Source of the DNA: Candidatus Saccharimonadota bacterium
GTDB lineage: Bacteria > Patescibacteriota > Saccharimonadia > Saccharimonadales > Saccharimonadaceae
DNA length: 32,000 nucleotides
NCBI GenBank assembly: GCA_049296095.1
Contig: JBAQRV010000001.1
Coordinates: 678,318 to 710,317, forward strand
Direction of reading: 5' to 3'
The translations under genes and the position numbers were made by a program. The notes beneath the pieces are model-generated. The model was not told where the DNA came from and made no database searches. It saw only the letters and a program-made list of their open reading frames with translations. Positions 24,957 to 32,000 of the stretch are shown piece by piece (the first letter of the stretch is position 1; each line of letters opens with the position of its first letter).

Positions 24957-26623
24957 TGAATAAAGACGTAATTTATATCGATGTTGATGACGACGTCACT
25001 GCAATTATCGGCAAAATAAAAAAAGCCAAAGAAAAAGTCGTCGCCTTAGTGCCACCAAAACGAGCGGGGGCGCTTCAAAGTACCGTTAATTTGCGATTGA
25101 TCGATCGTATGGTTAAGGCTGACAAGAAGCATCTCGTTCTTATTACTAATAACCAAGCACTGATCGCTTTAGCGGCAAATGCCTCTATTCCTGTGGCTAA
25201 AAATCTCCAAAGCAAGCCTGAGCTCGCTGAGATTCCTGCACTCGCGGTTGATGACGGCGATGATATTATCGATGGTTCAGAACTACCAGTTGGAGATCAC
25301 GCGAAAACCGTGAAGGTGAGTGATAATACGCGGGAAAAGACCGAAGCGCGTAGCGATGTGATCGATGATATGGATATTGATGGCGAAGCAGTCGCAACGA
25401 GTGCTGCATCTATCGGCGTGGCTGGTGCTGTTTCAAAGAAGGTAGCTCAGGCACGTAGTAAGGTGAAAATCCCTAATTTTGACAAGTTCCGAAAACGGCT
25501 TTTCCTTGGTATAGGCGGCGGAGTGCTTCTGATTGCACTATTGGTGTGGATGTTTGTATTTGCTCCAGCAGCAACGATACTCGTCACTGCAAAAACCAGT
25601 CCAGCACCAGTCAGCGCGACGGTGAAACTTGGGGGAGCGGCTGCGACTGATTTTAAAACAGGCGTTGTAAAGTCAGTTTCTCAACAAGAAAAAAAGGACG
25701 AGTCGGTTGAGTTTGAAGCGACTGGTCAAGAAGATGTCGGGAATAAAGCTACTGGTACGATTAAGGTATCCAAACTGTCTCAATCTGACCAGGCGGTTCC
25801 TGCAGGCAGTCGATTCACCACGACCAGCGGTCTCGTATTCGTTACTCAGACGGCGATTACCGTTCCAGCTAGCGTTCCTTGCTTCCCGTCATTCTGTGCT
25901 CAATCTGTTGATGTTGCGGTGACTGCTGACAAGGCAGGGACGGATTACAACGGCATTTCAGGAGCGTCCACCGGTCCGAGTGGTACGACTGGGACTTTTA
26001 ATTCACCGACTTCAGGTGGGACGACAAAGATAGCAAAAGTTGTCTCTGCTGATGACATTGAACGCGCAAAGGGTCAGCTCATTGGCAAACCAACTGATGA
26101 AGAGAAAAAGGCCCTCACTAAGAAGTTTACTAATGGTGAAAAAGTAATAGACAGTAGTTTCACGGTCGAGCGGGCTGAGGCTGTTTCGACACCGAGCGTG
26201 AATGCTGAGGCAGCAAATGGTAAGGCCAAGCTCACTATCGCAACCACCTATACTCTCTATGCAGTGCCAAAGGCTGATCTTGAAAGCTTCTTGTCTAGCA
26301 GTGTAAAGACCCAGCTTGATAACGAAAATAGCCAACGTGTCTACAATACTGGTATCGACAAGGCCAACCTCAGTAACTTCAAGAAAGATGGCGACACCCT
26401 CACAGCCACAGTGACGGCGACTGGCCAAATTGGTCCAAAGATTGACGAAGCTGCCATAAAAGAGCTGGTGAAGGGTGAGATTTACGGTGAAGTCCAGTCA
26501 ACCCTCGAGGCAATTGACGGCGTTCAAGAAGTCGATGTGAAGTTTTCATACTTCTGGGTTCGCACTGTACCAAACGACACCAACAAGATTCATATCGAAT
26601 TTAAGTTAGAGGATGAAAATTAA
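24956..26623 (+). CDS. Hypothetical bitopic membrane protein (555 aa) translationally coupled to ftsA
   Basis: TAATG overlap with the ftsA stop. N-terminal ~180-aa soluble domain, one TM (LFLGIGGGVLLIALLVWMFVFAP), and a ~350-aa Thr/Ser/Val-rich exterior domain. No family assigned with confidence. Confidence 0.7.
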   Translation: MNKDVIYIDVDDDVTAIIGKIKKAKEKVVALVPPKRAGALQSTVNLRLIDRMVKADKKHLVLITNNQALIALAANASIPVAKNLQSKPELAEIPALAVDDGDDIIDGSELPVGDHAKTVKVSDNTREKTEARSDVIDDMDIDGEAVATSAASIGVAGAVSKKVAQARSKVKIPNFDKFRKRLFLGIGGGVLLIALLVWMFVFAPAATILVTAKTSPAPVSATVKLGGAAATDFKTGVVKSVSQQEKKDESVEFEATGQEDVGNKATGTIKVSKLSQSDQAVPAGSRFTTTSGLVFVTQTAITVPASVPCFPSFCAQSVDVAVTADKAGTDYNGISGASTGPSGTTGTFNSPTSGGTTKIAKVVSADDIERAKGQLIGKPTDEEKKALTKKFTNGEKVIDSSFTVERAEAVSTPSVNAEAANGKAKLTIATTYTLYAVPKADLESFLSSSVKTQLDNENSQRVYNTGIDKANLSNFKKDGDTLTATVTATGQIGPKIDEAAIKELVKGEIYGEVQSTLEAIDGVQEVDVKFSYFWVRTVPNDTNKIHIEFKLEDEN

Positions 26624-27014
26624 GTCCCTCATTAGCCTCGATGTCGGCGAAAAGCGTATCGGTGTGGCGGTCGCCGACCCGACCGTTCGTATTGCTGTGC
26701 CGTTTCAGACTATTGAAGTTGATGGAAACGAAGTAGAGGCGATTGCAGAGACTGTGATTAAAGAGAATGCTGATACGATCATTATTGGTTATCCGCGCAA
26801 TCAGATGGGTGAATCGACCGCCCAAACGAATTACGTCGAAAACTTTGCGAAACAACTCGAAGAACTGGCGCCGACTATCGTCTTTCAGGATGAATCACTC
26901 ACCAGCGTGATGGCCGAACAACAGCTAAAGGCGCACAAAAAGCCATATACAAAGGGTGACATTGACGCTCAGGCAGCCGCAATTATATTACAAGATTACC
27001 TAGAGACTCATTAA
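26613..27014 (+). CDS. ruvX: Holliday junction resolvase-like nuclease RuvX/YqgF
   Basis: 133 aa. LDVGEKRIGVAVAD and DESLTS motifs. Adjacent to mltG, as in many Firmicutes. Confidence 0.9.
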   Translation: MKIKSLISLDVGEKRIGVAVADPTVRIAVPFQTIEVDGNEVEAIAETVIKENADTIIIGYPRNQMGESTAQTNYVENFAKQLEELAPTIVFQDESLTSVMAEQQLKAHKKPYTKGDIDAQAAAIILQDYLETH

Positions 27015-28169
27015 ATGGATATTAAACCTGTTCGTAAACCACCAGTCCCAAGGCCGCCGGCGCCTGTTACTCCCCCTGCTTCAACACCTCAGCCCTTTGC
27101 GGCTATTGAAGAAGCGCCCGCGTCTGGTTTGAATGTAAAGAAAAAGTCTCCCTTAAAGAAGGTGCTCTTATGGTCTGGCCTCGGGGTGTTTATAGTTCTG
27201 CTTGCGACTGCATTAGCAAGCTGGTTTTGGTACCAGGCACAGCTCACGCCACTGGGGACTGATAGTAATGAACATGTGAAAGTGACGATTGAGGAGGGTA
27301 GTACGCCATCTCAAATTGCCGATCTTCTTGAGGAAAAGAAAGTGATCCGTAATAGTTTTGCATTCGGTCTGTATGCTCGCTTTTCTGGAACACAAAATCA
27401 ATTACAGGCCGGGAGTTACCGATTAACACCTTCGGAATCGACCCCTGAGATTATTAGTCACCTCGTCAGTGGGAAGAATGTCGACACCTTTGACATTACT
27501 TTCTTGCCAGGCGCGACGCTACAACAAAACAGAGATGTATTGTTGAAGGCGGGCTATAGCGAACAAGAAGTTGATACGGGGCTGAGTGCGTCATATGTTT
27601 CGCCACTATTTGCTGGCAAACCTGCCTCAGCTGATCTTGAGGGCTATATCTACGGAAACACTTATAAATTTGGCAGCGGTGCGACCGTCGAAGAAATTCT
27701 CCAGTATACGTTTGATACCTACGAGGCAGTGATCGAGGAAAATGATTTGGTTGCAAAGTTTGCTGCCCAAGGACTCGATCTATTCCAAGGTATTACGTTA
27801 GCCTCGATTGTTCAAAGAGAGTCGGGTGGCGATGATGAGGCAGAGATTGCCAGTGTCTTTTATAACCGTATGGCTGAGGGTATTGAGTTGGGATCTGATG
27901 TTACCTACCAGTATATCGCCGACAAAACAGGGGTCGCTCGTGATCCAGGCCTGGATTCCCCGTACAACACTCGTCGTTATCCCGGACTGCCTCCAGGCCC
28001 GATCGCTACCCCAGGTCTGAAAGCACTCCTGGGAGTTGCCAATCCAGCCAGTAGCGACTACTACTATTTCCTTAGTGGTGACGACAATATTACCTATTTT
28101 GCTCGTACTTTAGAAGAACATGAGCGTAATATCACTGACCACTGTAAACAGAAGTGCTTGATTCTTTAG
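27015..28169 (+). CDS. mltG: Endolytic murein transglycosylase MltG (YceG-like)
   Basis: 384 aa with an N-terminal TM. ASIVQRES, FYNRMAEG, and YNTRRYPGLPPGPIATPG motifs. Confidence 0.9.
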   Translation: MDIKPVRKPPVPRPPAPVTPPASTPQPFAAIEEAPASGLNVKKKSPLKKVLLWSGLGVFIVLLATALASWFWYQAQLTPLGTDSNEHVKVTIEEGSTPSQIADLLEEKKVIRNSFAFGLYARFSGTQNQLQAGSYRLTPSESTPEIISHLVSGKNVDTFDITFLPGATLQQNRDVLLKAGYSEQEVDTGLSASYVSPLFAGKPASADLEGYIYGNTYKFGSGATVEEILQYTFDTYEAVIEENDLVAKFAAQGLDLFQGITLASIVQRESGGDDEAEIASVFYNRMAEGIELGSDVTYQYIADKTGVARDPGLDSPYNTRRYPGLPPGPIATPGLKALLGVANPASSDYYYFLSGDDNITYFARTLEEHERNITDHCKQKCLIL

Positions 28170-28182
28170 TCGCCCCTGTTAA
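28169..28182 (+). repeat. 14-bp direct repeat copy 1 (gtcgcccctgttaa)
   Basis: Identical 14-mer to 29627-29640. It overlaps the last base of the mltG stop codon. Confidence 0.85.
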
Positions 28183-28208
28183 CCTCTGTAAAAAATCTGC
28201 CACGAAAA

Positions 28209-28237
28209 TTGACCATGACGCTTATTTTTGCTACAAT
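28209..28237 (+). promoter_or_regulatory. Near-consensus promoter TTGACC-17-TACAAT with TG extension
   Basis: TTGACC at 28209-28214, a 17-nt spacer, TGcTACAAT ending at 28237. Confidence 0.65.
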
Positions 28238-28243
28238 CAAACG

Positions 28244-28517
28244 AGCACATTTTGTGATTCTGTCTACTGATGTTGTTTGGTGAGAGCTAAATAACACATG
28301 CGGGTGGGTTACAGATCACGAATGAGCCTGCCATAACTGTCGTACGGGTACCGAAACTCATAAATTAATTAATATCGGTCGACATGTACCCTGTTCTCTC
28401 GCAAGGAGAGAAGTTAAGACTTAGTAAGGTAGACGCCCCCGGAGCAATCCGAGCGGCAGGAGAACGATAATTCGTAATGATATTACGACGAGTAGCAATA
28501 CTCAAGTTGGAACAGCC
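28244..28517 (+). promoter_or_regulatory. Long structured 5' leader of the LysM-CHAP gene (candidate cis-regulatory RNA/riboswitch, class unassigned)
   Basis: About 270 nt between the predicted TSS and GTG 28518 with no plausible ORF. Hairpins include ttctctc-gcaag-gagagaa, cgga-gcaa-tccg, gagta-gcaa-tactc and tcgtaat-gat-attacga. Long-range pairs are gtgattctgt/acagatcac and acgggtac/gtaccctgt. Confidence 0.45.
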
Positions 28518-29606
28518 GTGATAGGCGAACGCGCAGTCCCTGTTCCGTCCCGACGCGGTAAAAAGAGTCGGATCAAATCGTCCACTATTGCCGTCTATGC
28601 GAGCATCTTTGTACTCCTTGTAGTACTCATTGGTATCGGTTACCGAGCACCTCAACAGGTGAGCGGAGCGAGTGCTAATGCCCTTCCGACCGGACAAGTG
28701 GAGGAAAAGGAAACAACTGCAGTTAACGCTGTAGTTGCGACAAACATTGCCGCTAACGTTGCAACAACGACTAACCTGTCGGTTGCACCTTCTGTGACGA
28801 GTTTGGCGATTTCGACTCAGATCGAAAGCACCTTGCCTTCATCTGATGATTCTTCGATTTCTAAACCTTCGATTATTCAGGTGTCAGCAGCCAGCCGAAA
28901 CATTGCCTCATATACAGTTCAGGCTGGTGATACAGTCGACACTTTAGCTGCCAAATTTGGTATTTCTAAAGATACGATAAAATGGGCCAATAACCTGACC
29001 TCTGATGCATTGACTGTTGGTCAGTCGCTTCAGATCCTGCCGCGAACAGGTATTGTCTATACAGTTAAGAGTGGTGACACGATTCAGTCTATCGCTGAAA
29101 AGTATAAGGGTGACGTTTCGACGATTACAACTTATAATGACCTCGAAATTAGTGGTGTGACCGATGGTCTCAAGATCATCATTCCTGGCGGTATCTTGCC
29201 AACGAACGAACGCCCCGGGTATAGTGCGCCTGTCTCATCTGGCTATAGTTTTGCTGGTTTCCGTGCTGGTTCAGTTGGAAACAAGTATGGGTACGGTTAT
29301 TGTACCTGGTATGCTTATGAGCGTCGTGTGGCTCTAGGTAGACCTATAGGAAGTTATTGGGGTGATGCAGGCTCTTGGAAGCGTTCAGGTGAACTGTCAG
29401 GATATGCCGTTAATCGAACACCACTCCCAGGTGCTCTTATGGTTGAACTTGGAAGCCCTGGACATGTTGGAGTAGTAGAGTCGGTGTCGGATAATGGAGA
29501 CGTGATTATTAGCGAGATGAATAATCGTGCCTATGGTGGTTGGAACGTCATTAATAACCGATCATTATCAGCAGGCCAAGCCGCTGCTTATTGGTACGTT
29601 CACTAG
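28518..29606 (+). CDS. Peptidoglycan hydrolase: TM anchor, two LysM domains, C-terminal CHAP domain
   Basis: 362 aa with a GTG start. LysM units YTVQAGDTVDTLAAKFGISKDTIKWANNL and YTVKSGDTIQSIAEKYKGDVSTITTYNDL. CHAP-like GYGYCTWYAYERR...GHVGVVESV...ISEMN. Confidence 0.88.
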   Translation: MIGERAVPVPSRRGKKSRIKSSTIAVYASIFVLLVVLIGIGYRAPQQVSGASANALPTGQVEEKETTAVNAVVATNIAANVATTTNLSVAPSVTSLAISTQIESTLPSSDDSSISKPSIIQVSAASRNIASYTVQAGDTVDTLAAKFGISKDTIKWANNLTSDALTVGQSLQILPRTGIVYTVKSGDTIQSIAEKYKGDVSTITTYNDLEISGVTDGLKIIIPGGILPTNERPGYSAPVSSGYSFAGFRAGSVGNKYGYGYCTWYAYERRVALGRPIGSYWGDAGSWKRSGELSGYAVNRTPLPGALMVELGSPGHVGVVESVSDNGDVIISEMNNRAYGGWNVINNRSLSAGQAAAYWYVH

Positions 29607-29626
29607 GCCTTTTATCGCTAACGCTT

Positions 29627-29640
29627 GTCGCCCCTGTTAA
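29627..29640 (+). repeat. 14-bp direct repeat copy 2 (gtcgcccctgttaa)
   Basis: Identical to 28169-28182. This copy supplies the left arm and part of the loop of the terminator hairpin. Confidence 0.85.
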
Positions 29641-29655
29641 TTCAGGGGCGATTTT
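29628..29655 (+). terminator. Rho-independent terminator
   Basis: tcgcccctg (29628-29636) pairs with caggggcga (29643-29651), with a 6-nt loop, followed by tttt (29652-29655). Confidence 0.8.
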
Positions 29656-29663
29656 GCTATACT
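29655..29663 (+). promoter_or_regulatory. Extended -10 TGcTATACT 8 nt upstream of the obg ATG (leaderless-type)
   Basis: tTGcTATACTgaggacaaATG. Confidence 0.45.
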
Positions 29664-29665
29664 GA

Positions 29666-30961
<1,296 letters not shown>

Positions 30962-31190
30962 ATTTTCATATAATTAGTGCAAGCAAACTGCCTTTATTGT
31001 AAATTACCTACAATCTCAGATGATTGAGCGAAAACTCCTGCCTGGACACATTGAAAAACTTGCCTGATACGCGATAAGGTGATATTATCATCTCTAATCC
31101 TTTGATCGAGCTACTTGCTCTCAAATGATCATTCACAATATAAGAGAGTGACTTTCCAAGTTTCTAGCCTGAAGGCTATTTGAGATAAGT

Positions 31191-31540
31191 GTCGCGTGAG
31201 CGAGTGCATCACCTGTCGTTATTCGGGTTTTCGACAGCTGGATCTGTGCGCTCACGCGACTTTAACCACATCAAGAAAGGAAAGGGGGTGGCCATGGTCA
31301 ATACTCTACGACGTGACCTGTAGAAGTGGGGATCTCTAGAGGTTGCCAGATATGTCAAACCAATCATCTCCTGGTCTCAGCTCTGACATATGGTCGTGAC
31401 ACTGGGTGGAGGCGGACTCGTTCGAGGTGCGGAATAGCTGATGCGCAAAGCATCAAATCCCCTCGGACACCGCCTCCATTCACCCACCCATAAACCTCAC
31501 TTCTTATTGTGTACAGCACCCTTCGGGGTGCTTTAATTTT
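31191..31540 (+). ncRNA. Candidate structured small RNA ending at an intrinsic terminator (family unknown)
   Basis: The region has no long ORF. A 12-bp stem gtcgcgtgagcg/cgctcacgcgac (31191-31202 / 31249-31260) encloses ctgtcg/cgacag. A three-tier hairpin spans 31407-31478 (tggaggcgg/ccgcctcca, cgagg/cctcg, tgatgc/gcatca). The terminator is at 31515-31540. The 5' end is not defined. Confidence 0.3.
31515..31540 (+). terminator. Rho-independent terminator
   Basis: agcaccc-ttcg-gggtgct (a 7-bp stem with a UUCG loop) followed by ttaatttt. Confidence 0.7.
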
Positions 31541-31552
31541 CCCGATGAATAT

Positions 31553-31581
31553 TTGACATAAACAACGTCACATGCTATAAT
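31553..31581 (+). promoter_or_regulatory. Perfect consensus promoter TTGACA-17-TATAAT with TG extension
   Basis: TTGACA at 31553-31558, exactly 17 nt of spacer, TGcTATAAT ending at 31581. It is the best promoter match in the window, yet no ORF of 60 aa or more follows in the remaining 419 nt. Confidence 0.7.
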
Positions 31582-32000
31582 GAACTCAATCAGTTGAAAC
31601 AACTGTTTCCTGAGTACCTCGATAAGCAGAGCGGCAACATGCAGTTAGCGATAGCTTCGTGTATATCTATATGGTGTATGCAAAGCTATCGCTGAAGTAC
31701 CCGAAGGGTAAGCGATGCAATGAGTGGTGTGTCCTGCAAAGAACAACTACTCATTTGCTCGATCGACATCATTACGCCCACAGCGTCGTCGGTGTAACCA
31801 CCCTGATGTTGATCGATTAGTGCACCAGTAGCTCAAGCGAAAGAGATTGCAGATTGCTCGTCCCCCCCGCGAGAATCATGCGCGTGGCCATCGGGGTCAC
31901 AGTCTCGGCAGCGGCAAGCTTCACTGGTGACACTGGCGTCCTTTCGAGGATGCCGTCGCGGGAGCGACGAGGATGACGGTCCCCCCGTCCGTCCCTCGTT

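Noticed and set aside
28238-28517. Calling the hydrolase leader a ydaO/c-di-AMP riboswitch outright
   Set aside because: The genomic context fits, but the conserved core motifs as I remember them are not clearly present. It is kept only as an unclassified candidate pending a covariance-model search.
31121-31146. Third partial copy of the IR core (caaat..gatcatt.acaat)
   Set aside because: Only about 17 matching bases with two indels in AT-rich sequence. This is compatible with chance or with generic promoter-like sequence.
31404-31490. tmRNA / tRNA-like 3' end (tgggtggaggcgg resembles the reverse complement of ...CCUCCACCA)
   Set aside because: There is no T-arm (GGTTCGAATCC-type) next to it. 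The segment instead pairs with ccgcctcca 55 nt downstream as a plain hairpin, and no tag-peptide ORF is present.
31787-31801. T-box-like sequence on the minus strand (agggtggttacaccg vs AGGGUGGUACCGCG)
   Set aside because: It is an imperfect match. There is no minus-strand aminoacyl-tRNA synthetase or transporter gene downstream of it, and no specifier or Stem I features were seen.

Overview
Gene-dense window, almost entirely plus-strand, of housekeeping genes. It looks like a small-genome Terrabacteria/CPR-type bacterium (Saccharibacteria-like); that assignment is my inference from gene content, a pilin-like gene and roughly 45-52% GC. Core genes: tRNA-Glu(UUC), pyk-pgk-tpiA, pcrA, an RpfB/YabE-like wall hydrolase with rsmA, a pilin-like BNR-propeller protein, metG-tatD, cysteine desulfurase-DUF218-mnmA, a short alaS, ftsA plus a coupled membrane protein, ruvX-mltG, a LysM-CHAP hydrolase and obg. 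Three regions are not ordinary. (1) Positions ~700-4300 hold a compositional island upstream of tRNA-Glu. It contains high-GC genes with actinobacterial-style codon usage, a very AT-rich promoter hub, and a 41-43 bp imperfect inverted repeat pair bracketing a 2.3 kb two-gene module. (2) The LysM-CHAP gene, with its own near-consensus promoter and a ~270 nt structured leader, is flanked by a 14-bp direct repeat. The repeat splits what looks like the original mltG terminator, so the gene appears to be an inserted cassette. (3) Positions 30962-32000 are about 1 kb with no ORF of 60 aa or more. This stretch carries stacked hairpins, an intrinsic terminator, a perfect TTGACA-17-TATAAT promoter and GC-rich sequence at the window edge, so it probably encodes one or more unclassified structured RNAs. 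Across the window many genes have an extended -10 box (TGnTAnAAT) only 6-10 nt upstream of the start codon, which suggests widespread leaderless mRNAs. I saw no CRISPR array, rRNA, transposase, integrase or recognisable defence genes. All calls come from reading the sequence and ORF translations by eye; no searches were run.
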